Positions 9,452 through 18,930 are shown, numbered from the stretch's first letter. The stretch: 46,380 nucleotides of DNA from an uncultured Candidatus Saccharibacteria bacterium (GCA_964446535.1 CAYUOR010000004.1:1-46380), one strand, 5' to 3'. A program made the numbers and translations. Notes: generated by a model not told the origin, from the letters alone.

Positions 9452-9480
9452 TAGTCTAATTCGCGCGAATGGTAGAATAG
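9452..9480. repeat. 29-bp direct repeat, copy 1, with 12-bp palindrome ATTCGCGCGAAT
   Basis: TAGTCTAATTCGCGCGAATGGTAGAATAG; one mismatch to 9753-9781; contains the extended -10 of the arsR-like gene. Confidence 0.9.
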
Positions 9481-9484
9481 ATGT

Positions 9485-9760
9485 ATGAAAGACAGAGAAA
9501 TAGAAAGAGTATTGAAGGCTTTAGCCAACAAAAGACGCTTAGCTATTCTTGAGAGTTTGCGTAAAAACAAAGAGAAAAGCGTTGGAGAGATCGCCGACGG
9601 TATCAAACTATCATTTCGCGCCACCTCAAAACATTTATCAATCCTCGTAGGCGCCGAGATTCTCGATAGAGAACAGAGAAGCCTGCAAATGTTTTATAGT
9701 TTAAATAAATCAGCCCCGGACATAGTCAAACACCTTCTCCGCACTCTTTCCATAGTCTAA
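9485..9760 (+). CDS. ArsR/SmtB-family transcriptional regulator
   Basis: LKALANKRRLAIL, SVGEIA, ATSKHLSIL, FYSL winged HTH; no Cys. Confidence 0.92.
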   Translation: MKDREIERVLKALANKRRLAILESLRKNKEKSVGEIADGIKLSFRATSKHLSILVGAEILDREQRSLQMFYSLNKSAPDIVKHLLRTLSIV

Positions 9761-9781
9761 TTCGCGCGAATGGTGGAATAG
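9753..9781. repeat. 29-bp direct repeat, copy 2
   Basis: TAGTCTAATTCGCGCGAATGGTGGAATAG; overlaps the stop of the arsR-like gene. Confidence 0.9.
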
Positions 9782-9837
9782 TTTGAGTTGTGAGGTCGCG
9801 CATTTTGCTTGTATTTGTTTTGTGATAAAGTGGCGGC

Positions 9838-11967
9838 ATGAAAGGGTTTTTGGCCATATTTTTAGCCTTATTTTTACCGGTTTTTGCCTTTGCTGCGATA
9901 GAAAATCCTTATGTCGTTGACGAGAAACCTCAAGTAATTTTCGGCGACAGTGTACCTGTTCTCACTTATTTCGGACTAGAAAATTACACACAAGACTACG
10001 TAGGCGGCTATGCGCACATAACCTTTACATACACGCACCACTCGTGCTGTTTCGCTTCTTTTCCTCCGAAAATTTACGTAACTAATACTGATCCAAGTGC
10101 AACATCAACATCGATAATAAAAGCAAATGAACCCCTGTTTACACTCTTGCCATTCGCTCACCCAACAGATTGGTATTTATACGACATTCAGTTTGATGCA
10201 AGCGGATACACGATAAGTGTCAAACAATCCGGCGAAACAGAAATACTTAATGAGCATAGAGACATCGCTGATTTAGCCGATAGCGACTGGATGGCACTAG
10301 CAAACAACCATCCGAATGTTGGCAACAACCAGTCTATGGCGTTTACTCCTGTTCCTATAAGGGAGGTACCACAAAAAAATCCGGTAATAATTATTCCGGG
10401 AATTATGGGTTCAGCACGCAAAAACGACGCGCTGGTTATAGATCCAATCCTCCATACTTATGATGATTTAATTGCAACGCTTATAGCTAATGGTTATGTC
10501 GAAGGAACTGATTTATTTATCTTCCCGTACGAGTGGAGAGATTCAAATGTTTTCACTGCAAATCTTTTGGATGACAAAATAGACGAGATTAAATCCATGT
10601 GTGTTTGTGACAAAGTTGATATTGTCGCCCATTCAATGGGAGGGTTGGTGGCACGTGCATATATACAGTCGGTTGATTATGACAACGATGTTGACCAGCT
10701 AATATTTCTAGGAACTCCGCACAGGGGATCACCTAAGGCGTATTTACAGTGGGAGGCCGGTGAAAGTGACGTGGATGTAAGAGATCAAGTTATAAACCTG
10801 TTTTTCTCAGCTGAGGCGTTGAGAAATGGATACCTAACAGTTTTTAGTTATATAAGAAACAAGCCGATTTTATCTGTTCAGGAATTATTGCCAATATTTG
10901 ACTATATAAAGGACAGTGATACTGAAGTATTGAGAAGTTATCCGGCCAACTACCCAAGAAACTTCTTCTTGGAAAACTTAGACAACAACATCTCCAATCT
11001 TCTTAGTTCAGGTGTAGAAATCGTTAATTTTGTTGGGGATTCTGAGGAAAACAAAACAATTGAAGCAATAAGAGTTATACAAACCTCTCAACATCCGCGC
11101 TGGGAACATGGTGAACCAGAAGGGTTTAGTAATTCTTCCGGGGACAATGGCCTTGAAAGAGGTGTTGGTGATAATACCGTTACAACAATTGGTTCATCTC
11201 CCGATGGGTTTATTAGTGAGGAGATTGTGGCTTCGCACAATAGAATTCCAACAGTAGCGGCCAATAGAATCGTAAAAATTCTTACTGGCGAGGACTCAAT
11301 AAGCAACATTGACAATGGTTTAAATGTTAGTGCCAAGATCTTGCTAATGCAGCTTCTTTCCCCAATAGATGCATTGGTCACCGCTCCGGACGGTAAGAAG
11401 ATTGGAAAAGATTTTTCCAACAATACTGAATATGATGAAATTCCGTTCGCATTTTACTCTGGATTTGAAACCAACGATGAATACATAACGATTCTTAATC
11501 CACTTGATGGAGAATACAAGGTAGAAATACAAGGAACAGGTGATGGTGGAAAATATGAATTGCTAACAAGCTATGTCTCTGAAGAATTTGCTACTACCAC
11601 TAGTATCTCTGGTATTACCAAACCTAACCAATTAACAAATTTGAATGTTCGTGTAGATAACGAAAACCCAGAAGATCTATCTGCAGAAAGGGAAGTTACT
11701 TTAGAAATATTTATAGCAGACATAAATGGTGCTTATGATTTAGGCTGGATTACTGATAAAAAAACTAGGGATGCTTTAATAAAACAAGCAAACCTTATTA
11801 TTAAATTTGAATTAAAGAAGAATGGTAAAAAGGAAAGGCAAATAGATAAAATCATAATAAGACTATTGGAAAAGGAGCTGGATTTGTTACTTAAAAATGG
11901 TAGAATCAACCAAGAAGTATACCGGCTGTTAAAGGAGGATTTACTATATTTTATAAGTAATAACTGA
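9838..11967 (+). CDS. secreted alpha/beta-hydrolase (PGAP1/LCAT-like lipase or acyltransferase) with C-terminal accessory domains
   Basis: Signal peptide; PVIIIPGIMGS, YEWR, DIVAHSMGGLVAR nucleophile elbow, LGTPHRGS, GDNTV, SHN. Confidence 0.88.
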   Translation: MKGFLAIFLALFLPVFAFAAIENPYVVDEKPQVIFGDSVPVLTYFGLENYTQDYVGGYAHITFTYTHHSCCFASFPPKIYVTNTDPSATSTSIIKANEPLFTLLPFAHPTDWYLYDIQFDASGYTISVKQSGETEILNEHRDIADLADSDWMALANNHPNVGNNQSMAFTPVPIREVPQKNPVIIIPGIMGSARKNDALVIDPILHTYDDLIATLIANGYVEGTDLFIFPYEWRDSNVFTANLLDDKIDEIKSMCVCDKVDIVAHSMGGLVARAYIQSVDYDNDVDQLIFLGTPHRGSPKAYLQWEAGESDVDVRDQVINLFFSAEALRNGYLTVFSYIRNKPILSVQELLPIFDYIKDSDTEVLRSYPANYPRNFFLENLDNNISNLLSSGVEIVNFVGDSEENKTIEAIRVIQTSQHPRWEHGEPEGFSNSSGDNGLERGVGDNTVTTIGSSPDGFISEEIVASHNRIPTVAANRIVKILTGEDSISNIDNGLNVSAKILLMQLLSPIDALVTAPDGKKIGKDFSNNTEYDEIPFAFYSGFETNDEYITILNPLDGEYKVEIQGTGDGGKYELLTSYVSEEFATTTSISGITKPNQLTNLNVRVDNENPEDLSAEREVTLEIFIADINGAYDLGWITDKKTRDALIKQANLIIKFELKKNGKKERQIDKIIIRLLEKELDLLLKNGRINQEVYRLLKEDLLYFISNN

Positions 11968-11968
11968 A

Positions 11969-12331
11969 GTGAATAATGTTTTAAAAAATATTTTAGTTAC
12001 TTTATTCTCACTAGTCATAAGCTATTTTGTGGCTGATTATTTTGGTATTTGGTACACAACAATATTTGGCTATGGTAGTGCCTGGATAGGTAGTGAAGAA
12101 AGTTGGAATTTTATAATAGGATTACCGCTATCCTTATCTTTTTTTCTTACGCTCATTTTGAATACGTGGATATTTAAAAAAATTACTTCGACAGTGTGGC
12201 TGATATCACCATTAATACTTTATGAGGTAATAGTAGACATTCGTCATATTTATATAACACTTATTTTAATTATACTGGCTTTCAGTGTTTCTTCGCTTCT
12301 AAAAAAGTACTTTAATTTAACAACACAATAA
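11969..12331 (+). CDS. small 4-TM membrane protein (candidate immunity protein)
   Basis: GTG start 1 nt after the lipase stop; 120 aa, mostly hydrophobic; AT-rich. Confidence 0.7.
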   Translation: MNNVLKNILVTLFSLVISYFVADYFGIWYTTIFGYGSAWIGSEESWNFIIGLPLSLSFFLTLILNTWIFKKITSTVWLISPLILYEVIVDIRHIYITLILIILAFSVSSLLKKYFNLTTQ

Positions 12332-12332
12332 C

Positions 12333-12524
12333 CTAAAAAAGATAGAGAACCTAGAGAAGAAAATTACCAAAAAGAAAAAGAATGACAAGTCCCTCGAGGG
12401 TGTAAAAAGGAAAATTGGGAAGATTGTAGTAGGATTGGAGAGAAAAGCCGTAAAAGGTAAACTGTCCGACCAAGATGCTCAAGACATTACTAACTTGCTT
12501 GAGGCCCTCGAAAGTACGTTATAA
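12333..12524 (+). pseudogene. start-less C-terminal gene remnant 1
   Basis: Open 63-codon frame LKKIENLEKKITKKKKNDKSLEGVKRKIGKIVVGLERKAVKGKLSDQDAQDITNLLEALESTL*, no start codon; collinear with remnant 2. Confidence 0.75.
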
Positions 12525-12533
12525 TTTATAGAC

Positions 12534-12626
12534 ATGAAAAAAATAGTGATAATCGTGGGTTGTATTCTATTATTAGCGCTCCTGTTATATTGGTATCTAC
12601 TTAACAATACTGCACCACAGTTCTAA
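12534..12626 (+). CDS. 30-aa hydrophobic micropeptide (not in ORF track)
   Basis: MKKIVIIVGCILLLALLLYWYLLNNTAPQF*; ATG 8 nt after TATAAT 12520-12525. Confidence 0.55.
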   Translation: MKKIVIIVGCILLLALLLYWYLLNNTAPQF

Positions 12627-12686
12627 ACGGACTTCACCCTCCACCCTGGATTATTTGCGATCTAGTCTTGATTTAGTATGGAACCG

Positions 12687-12706
12687 TTCGCGCGAATGGG
12701 AGAATA
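12687..12706. repeat. third, partial copy of the palindromic repeat
   Basis: TTCGCGCGAATGGGAGAATA, 19/20 identical to 9460-9479. Confidence 0.8.
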
Positions 12707-12910
12707 AAGAAAAATCTCTTAAAAAAGCTTGATAACTTAGAAAAAAAGATAGAGAAGAAAAAGGCTAAAGGTAAATCATTAGAAGCCATAAAAAAGAGAA
12801 TTGAAAATATAATTAAGAATATAATGAAGAAAGAGGGACGAGGAGTTATAAACGAAGCTGATGCGCAGGAAATCACTACATTGCTAGAACAAATAGAAAG
12901 TGCGCTATAA
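12704..12910 (+). pseudogene. start-less C-terminal gene remnant 2
   Basis: IKKNLLKKLDNLEKKIEKKKAKGKSLEAIKKRIENIIKNIMKKEGRGVINEADAQEITTLLEQIESAL*; 32 of 63 residues identical to remnant 1 by manual count. Confidence 0.75.
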
Positions 12911-12919
12911 TTATAGAAT

Positions 12920-13306
12920 ATGAAATTTATAAAATTGTTTCTTATTCTATCAATAATTCTCTTAGTTTCTGGGTTTTTAATTTTAAATTCTGATATTCAA
13001 GCTGGTTCTACTGGAGAATTGTTAATCAGAGTCGGGAAAGCTCTTGTTTATGGTATGGGCGCTCTCGCTATTGTATTTTTGGTTTTACTGTCTGCCCAAC
13101 AAGCAGTTCCAACTTGGAAAAAATTTGCAAAATGGTATATACCATTTGCTACCCTTTTCTTCATCTTTTATTCTGATCCGGGTTCAGGAAATTATTTCGC
13201 CCCTTATCCAGAACAAGTTTTTAAATGGTTGAGTGGCATCTATGTTGTTGCGAGTTTCTGGATTATCGGCCGAGTCGTATTGAGCCAAAAACACACAAAT
13301 AGCTAA
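12920..13306 (+). CDS. small 4-TM membrane protein (candidate orphan immunity protein)
   Basis: 128 aa, hydrophobic; ATG 8 nt after TATAAT 12906-12911. Confidence 0.75.
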   Translation: MKFIKLFLILSIILLVSGFLILNSDIQAGSTGELLIRVGKALVYGMGALAIVFLVLLSAQQAVPTWKKFAKWYIPFATLFFIFYSDPGSGNYFAPYPEQVFKWLSGIYVVASFWIIGRVVLSQKHTNS

Positions 13307-13345
13307 AAATCTAAGGTAGAAAAATCTGGTATTATTGAGGGATAT

Positions 13346-14299
13346 ATGGCAGAGAAGAAGACTTTGGTTTCGGGAGTGAAGCCGACAGGGCGGCCGCATA
13401 TCGGCAACTATTTCGGCGCGATGAAGCAGTTCGTCGAGCTTGGCACCCTTTACCAGAGCCATATTTTCATCGCCGACCTGCACGCCCTGACCTCTCTACA
13501 GAACGGAAAAGAGCTTAAAGACAATAGTTTCGGAGTCCTCTTAGACTACCTAGCCATAGGGCTTGATCCGCAAAAGGTTTCTCTTTATAAACAGTCGGAC
13601 GTGCCGCAGGTGGCGGAACTCGCCTGGATTTTCAACTGCCTTACAACTATGCCGTACCTGATGCGTGGGCATGCGTTCAAGGATGCCGAAGCAAAAAATA
13701 AAGAGATAAACGTCGGTGTTTTTGATTACCCGCTTCTTATGGCGGCAGATATTCTTATCCAGGATGCAGACGTAGTACCTGTCGGAGCCGATCAGAAGCA
13801 GCACGTCGAGATTGCCCGCGACGTAGCGCAGAAGTTTAACAACACTTACGGCGAGACATTTAAATTACCCGAAGCGGTTATCTTAGACCAAGTCGCGACC
13901 GTGCCAGGCACGGACGGCAGAAAGATGAGCAAGAGCTACGGCAATACAATAGAACTCTTCGCCTCCGACGATGAGATTGAGCGCGCGGTTATGAGCATCG
14001 TCACCGACTCGACCAAAGATGTGCCAACGAATGTCTATGCAATGCACCTTCTTCTCCGCAAAAAGAGTGAGCTTGATAAGCTCTACGATGAAAAAAGAGG
14101 TAAGTATAAAGAATTAAAAGAGGCGCTTATAGAAGACTTAAAAAAACTTATTGGTCCCATGCGCGAGAAGCGAAAGAAACTCGAAGGTGACAAAAAGGCG
14201 GCACTCCAGATTCTTGAATCGGGCGGTAGGGTCGCCCGCCTCAGGGCCGAAAAGAAAATGGCGGAAGTAAGGGAGAAAATAGGTTTAACACTAAAATGA
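13346..14299 (+). CDS. trpS: tryptophan--tRNA ligase
   Basis: SGVKPTGRPHIGNYFGA, YPLLMAADIL, VPVGADQKQH, KMSKSYGN. Confidence 0.97.
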   Translation: MAEKKTLVSGVKPTGRPHIGNYFGAMKQFVELGTLYQSHIFIADLHALTSLQNGKELKDNSFGVLLDYLAIGLDPQKVSLYKQSDVPQVAELAWIFNCLTTMPYLMRGHAFKDAEAKNKEINVGVFDYPLLMAADILIQDADVVPVGADQKQHVEIARDVAQKFNNTYGETFKLPEAVILDQVATVPGTDGRKMSKSYGNTIELFASDDEIERAVMSIVTDSTKDVPTNVYAMHLLLRKKSELDKLYDEKRGKYKELKEALIEDLKKLIGPMREKRKKLEGDKKAALQILESGGRVARLRAEKKMAEVREKIGLTLK

Positions 14300-15537
14300 T
14301 ACAAGGATTCGTACACGCTCTTCGAGTGCAGTCAAAAATCATTTTCGTCGTGGTGCGAAATAGAAAAGGCCTAACTCAGCTTGTCGTGACCGCCGACAAT
14401 CCAGAATTTGAAATCGCAAAAAACTTAACGCTAGAATCAGTAATCCGCGCCGAGGGTGAGATGAAGAAAGAGAAGAACGCTCCAGGCGGCGAAGAAATGC
14501 ATCCTAGGAAAATTGATATTTTGTCTCGTTCTTTGCCCGAGCTTCCGATTCCTGTCGTTACTCTTAAAGGCGGAGAAGAGACCGAGGCGCCTCTGCGCTT
14601 TGATTACCGTTGGATTGATTTGCGTAAACCAGAGCGTGCCAAAATTTTCCAGGTTTGGACCGAGTTTGAAAAAGGTTGGCGAAAGTACTGGGACGAGAAC
14701 GACTATATTCAAATCTATCCACCCGCCTTTATGTCCACGCCCTCCGAGGGCGGGGCGGACGTCTTTGAGGTTAATTACTTCGACAGAAAGGCCTATCTCG
14801 CCCAGTCGCCGCAATTTTATAAACAAATGGCCATGGCGGCCGGCTTCGAAAAAGTGTTTATGGTCTCTCCCGTCTTCCGCGCCGAACCGTCTTTTACCAC
14901 AAGACACTTGACGGAATTTACCGGTTGGGACTTTGAAATTTCTTATATCCGCGACCATAACGATATTATGGACGCCGAAGAGGGGATGATAATTGAAGGA
15001 TTAAAGGCGGTCCTTAAAAAATTCCCCGACACTAATATTGAGGTGCCGAAGAAACCGTTTCCGAGAATTACCATACTTGAAGCCAAAAAGATTTTGAAAA
15101 AACTTGGTGTAGAAAGCGCGGAAGAACACGATCTCTCACCCGAAGAAGAAAGGGCGATTTCCGAATACGTCAAAAAAGAACATAAACACGACTTTGTTTT
15201 CATAACCGAGTATCATAAATCAAAGAGCGCTTTCTACCACATGCGTCTCGATGAAGATTCAGACAGGAGTCGCCGCGCCGATCTGCTCTATCGTGGGCTA
15301 GAAGTAACCACTCTTGCCCAGCGCGAACACAGACCTGAAATTCTCGAAAAACAGGCGAAAGAAAAAGGGTTGGACCTCGATTCGCTCAAAGATTATCTAA
15401 ACTTTTTCCGCTATGGTTGTCCGCCGCACGGAGGGGGAGGGGTTGGCCCCGGGCGATTTATCATGAAGATTCTTGACCTGCCGAATGTACGCGAAGCGAC
15501 CTTCCTACCTCGCGACGTTAAAAGACTAAACCCTTGA
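14296..15537 (+). CDS. aspS: aspartate--tRNA ligase, archaeal/non-discriminating type (no GAD insert)
   Basis: OB-fold, AYLAQSPQFYKQ, motif 2 FRAEPSFTTRHLTEF, motif 3 PPHGGGGVGPGR; 413 aa; KNAPGG loop. Confidence 0.92.
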   Translation: MIQGFVHALRVQSKIIFVVVRNRKGLTQLVVTADNPEFEIAKNLTLESVIRAEGEMKKEKNAPGGEEMHPRKIDILSRSLPELPIPVVTLKGGEETEAPLRFDYRWIDLRKPERAKIFQVWTEFEKGWRKYWDENDYIQIYPPAFMSTPSEGGADVFEVNYFDRKAYLAQSPQFYKQMAMAAGFEKVFMVSPVFRAEPSFTTRHLTEFTGWDFEISYIRDHNDIMDAEEGMIIEGLKAVLKKFPDTNIEVPKKPFPRITILEAKKILKKLGVESAEEHDLSPEEERAISEYVKKEHKHDFVFITEYHKSKSAFYHMRLDEDSDRSRRADLLYRGLEVTTLAQREHRPEILEKQAKEKGLDLDSLKDYLNFFRYGCPPHGGGGVGPGRFIMKILDLPNVREATFLPRDVKRLNP

Positions 15538-15580
15538 GTAAAAAGCTTGGAAATAGCTCAAAAATGGCTATAATAAAGGG

Positions 15581-16333
15581 GTGAAAGAACTCTCATATAC
15601 CGTAAAAACGGACGCCTTCGAAGGCCCACTAGATCTTCTTCTTGAACTTGTAACCAAGCGAAAACTTTTTGTTAACGATGTTTCTCTCGCCGAAGTTACG
15701 GACGACTTCATCAAGTATCTTGAGGGGCATGAAGAGTTTCCGATAGGGGAATCGGCGGAGTTTATCGTCGTAGCATCTACCTTGATGCTCATAAAGTCCA
15801 AGTCACTTTTACCGATGATAGACCTCTCTCCCGAGGAGGAGGAAAGTATCCACGACCTCGAGAATCGTCTGATTTTATACCAAAGGGCGAAGGAGCTCTC
15901 ACTTTTTATCAAAAGTCTTTATGGTAAGAAAATAATTTTTGATAAAAATCCATCTAAAAATCAGCTCGTAGTTTTCTCTCCCGATTCTAAAACAGATCCG
16001 AAGAATCTCCTGGCAGCTCTTGAGAACCTCTTTGAATCTTTGCCGAAAAAAGATGTTCTACCGAAAGTCTCAGTCAAGAAAGTTATTAGTCTCGAGGAAA
16101 TGATTGAACGCCTTATCGCACGAGTTTCAACAGCAAGTAAAATTAATTTCAAAGATTTCCATGGAACTAAAGGCAAACTCGACTACGAGAAAAAGGTCTC
16201 TATCATCGTTGGATTCTTGGCAATGCTTGAACTTGTTAAACGCGGTGTTATTCGTGTTACCCAAAAACAGGGCGGTGATATAGAGATGGAAACCGAAACT
16301 GCCCCTTTAATCTCGAATAATCAAGCATCATGA
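15581..16333 (+). CDS. scpA: segregation and condensation protein A
   Basis: FEGPLDLLLELV, IKSKSLLP, FLAMLELVK; adjacent to scpB. Confidence 0.95.
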   Translation: MKELSYTVKTDAFEGPLDLLLELVTKRKLFVNDVSLAEVTDDFIKYLEGHEEFPIGESAEFIVVASTLMLIKSKSLLPMIDLSPEEEESIHDLENRLILYQRAKELSLFIKSLYGKKIIFDKNPSKNQLVVFSPDSKTDPKNLLAALENLFESLPKKDVLPKVSVKKVISLEEMIERLIARVSTASKINFKDFHGTKGKLDYEKKVSIIVGFLAMLELVKRGVIRVTQKQGGDIEMETETAPLISNNQAS

Positions 16334-16875
16334 CTCTTGAATCAAAAATAGAATCAATACTTCTTTTCAAAAATGAACCGGTTTCCGTCACCGAGCTCGC
16401 CAAGTGGTTGGGAGAAAAGTCGGAAGCCATTCAAGGGGCGCTAGATAACCTCACGGCGACATATAAAAATCGCGGTATGGTTATCGTCTTTGACGGAGAA
16501 TTTATGAGTCTCGGCACACACCCTGACGCCACAGAGCTTCTGGAAAAACTGCAGAAAGAGGAGCTTTCACGCGAGCTTGGCCGGGCGGGGCTTGAGACCT
16601 TGGCTATTGTTCTCTACAAAGGTCCGATTTCCCGCCGAGAAATTGACCACATCCGTGGGGTTAATTCGAGCTTTATACTGCGCTCACTTCTTATACGAGG
16701 ATTAATAGAGCGAATAGAAGGTACCGAACGAAGTTATACCTACAAAGCGACTTTGAAGCTTCTACAATACCTCGGGGTATCCAAGAGGGAGGAGCTTCCC
16801 GAGTTTGAGCGCGCCTTTAAAAAGATGGATGAATTTGTTAAAACTACTTCAACGGAAGAGGAAAATGGACAATAA
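16330..16875 (+). CDS. scpB: segregation and condensation protein B
   Basis: IESILLF, LETLAIVLYKGPISRREIDHIRGVNS, LLIRGLI. Confidence 0.96.
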   Translation: MTLESKIESILLFKNEPVSVTELAKWLGEKSEAIQGALDNLTATYKNRGMVIVFDGEFMSLGTHPDATELLEKLQKEELSRELGRAGLETLAIVLYKGPISRREIDHIRGVNSSFILRSLLIRGLIERIEGTERSYTYKATLKLLQYLGVSKREELPEFERAFKKMDEFVKTTSTEEENGQ

Positions 16876-17812
16876 CACAGTAACCGCCAAAGACGACCAT
16901 ATTAAGCTCTTTATTGTACTTTTGGTGGCGTTGGTTCTACTCCTCGTCGCCTCTTTTATTTTTGACTTAAAAATCGAACGAAAGGACTTATCAACTCCGT
17001 CCGGGGCTGCTCTGAAAGTTTTTCCAGATGTCGAACTGGAAGCCAAGGCGGCTTATGTCTACGATATAAAAAATCAGACAATTCTTTTTTCTAAAAATCC
17101 CGACACCAGACTCTCGCTTGCTTCTCTGACCAAAATTATGACCGCTCTGGTTGCGCGCGAACTCACTCTACCCACAAGCATTATCACCATAGGGAGTGAA
17201 GCGCTTCGGGCTGACGGTGACAGCGGTCTTTTCCGTGACGAAAAATGGAATCTGAAAGATATTCTCGATTTCTCTCTCGTTACTTCTTCAAATGACGGCA
17301 TGCGCGCCGTGGCGCTCGCTCTGGGGGCCATATCAAAGTCAGATGCTTCGTCAACAGAAATTATTAACGACTTCGTGAGGAATATGAATGCCAAAGCGGG
17401 GGAATTGGGACTGAAAAATACCTATTTCTGGAACGAAACCGGTTTGGACGAATCCGAGTTTAAAGGCGGCGCTTATGGCACAGCAAGAGACGTGGCGACT
17501 CTGGTGGAATATATTATCTATAAATACCCCGATCTTTTAGGCGCGACAAGAGAGTCTACGACCACGTTCGAGTCGGTAGATAATTTCACTCACGTAGGCA
17601 AGAACACCAACATTATCACCGGTCGAATTCCCGGACTTCTCGCGTCCAAGACTGGCTCGACCGAAACCGCCGGAGGGAATCTTGTTGTTGTTTTCGATCC
17701 GGAGCTTGGACGACCTTTCATTGTTTCCGTTCTCGGCTCTTCTACGGATGGTCGGTTTAGAGACGTGGAAATTCTAGTTAGAGCCACGCTTGATTACATA
17801 ACCCAAGAATAA
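16865..17812 (+). CDS. D-alanyl-D-alanine carboxypeptidase (peptidase S11) with N-terminal TM anchor
   Basis: ASLTK (SxxK), SSN (SxN), KTG; start set at MDNN 16865 rather than 16805. Confidence 0.9.
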   Translation: MDNNTVTAKDDHIKLFIVLLVALVLLLVASFIFDLKIERKDLSTPSGAALKVFPDVELEAKAAYVYDIKNQTILFSKNPDTRLSLASLTKIMTALVARELTLPTSIITIGSEALRADGDSGLFRDEKWNLKDILDFSLVTSSNDGMRAVALALGAISKSDASSTEIINDFVRNMNAKAGELGLKNTYFWNETGLDESEFKGGAYGTARDVATLVEYIIYKYPDLLGATRESTTTFESVDNFTHVGKNTNIITGRIPGLLASKTGSTETAGGNLVVVFDPELGRPFIVSVLGSSTDGRFRDVEILVRATLDYITQE

Positions 17813-17886
17813 CAGGACAAGGGAATTTATCTTCTCGTCGCTATCTCAATCTGATACAATGTTTTCATTCTAGACCAAGAACCTCG

Positions 17887-18930
17887 ATGGACGTCTTAAA
17901 AATAATCTTGCCGACAGTCATCTCGTTTTTTGTGGGCCTAACGATCACACCGTTTTTTACCCGTCTTTTCTACAAGTATAAGATGTGGAAAAAAATCCCA
18001 AGAACTGGAGTAACCAACCAGGCCTTCAGCGCCCTGCATGACTCGGATAAAGAAGTAAGAACTCCCCGCATCGGCGGAGTTATTATCTGGATAGCCGTAC
18101 TCTTAACCGTTTTTTTGGTATACCTCGTTTCTGTTTTTTTTCCAACCGAACTGACCTTGAAATTGAACTTTCTTTCAAGGAGTCAGACGATAGTACCTCT
18201 GGGGGCCTTTTTCTTCGCGGCGGTGCTGGGTTTAATAGACGACCTTGTCCAGATTTCTGACAAAGGCACAACCAACGAGCGTGACCTTCTCTATCGTAAG
18301 GTTAAGGTCGCCCTGATTACTCTTATCGGCGTAGTGGTTAGCTACTGGTTTTATTTCAAAATAGATTACAGCTCTATCTATGTTCCTTTCTGGGGCGACC
18401 TGGAGCTCGGCATTCTTTTCATACCATTCTTTATTCTCGTTATGCTTGCCACTTTCTCTACCTCGATTATCGACGGCCTCGACGGTCTTTCCGGTGGGGT
18501 ACTGATGCCGGTTTTCATAGCTTTTTCCGTAATCGCCCTGATAAACAACCAGATTGATATTTCGGCGCTTTCCGGCGCTATAGCCGGCGGTATTCTTGCT
18601 TTTCTCTGGTTTAATGTGCCGCCCGCCAGATTTTATATGGGGGAGACAGGCATGATGTCTCTAACGGTCGTACTTTCGGTAATTGCATTTCTGACTGATT
18701 CTGTTCTCCTCCTGCCCATCATCGCCCTGCCTCTGGTTGCCACCTCTCTATCGGCCATCATTCAGATGGTTTCTTTTAAATACTTCGGCGGCAAGCGCGT
18801 TTTCAGAGTCTCACCCCTGCATCACCACTTTCAGGCGCTCGGCTGGTCTAAGGAACGGATTGTGATGCGCTATTGGATTGTATCTTTCATATGCGCCATC
18901 ACCGGAGTAATTATTGCCCTTCTTAGTTAA
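17887..18930 (+). CDS. mraY: phospho-N-acetylmuramoyl-pentapeptide transferase
   Basis: TPRIGG, GLIDD, DGLDGL, FMGET-like YMGETG, PLHHHF. Confidence 0.93.
   Translation: MDVLKIILPTVISFFVGLTITPFFTRLFYKYKMWKKIPRTGVTNQAFSALHDSDKEVRTPRIGGVIIWIAVLLTVFLVYLVSVFFPTELTLKLNFLSRSQTIVPLGAFFFAAVLGLIDDLVQISDKGTTNERDLLYRKVKVALITLIGVVVSYWFYFKIDYSSIYVPFWGDLELGILFIPFFILVMLATFSTSIIDGLDGLSGGVLMPVFIAFSVIALINNQIDISALSGAIAGGILAFLWFNVPPARFYMGETGMMSLTVVLSVIAFLTDSVLLLPIIALPLVATSLSAIIQMVSFKYFGGKRVFRVSPLHHHFQALGWSKERIVMRYWIVSFICAITGVIIALLS

Noticed and set aside
9485-9760. Metal-resistance operon implied by the ArsR-family gene
   Set aside because: The protein has no Cys and no obvious metal site, and no efflux or reductase gene is adjacent.
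12678-12707. ATG 12678 as the start of remnant 2
   Set aside because: It is in a different frame and gives only MEPFARMGE*.
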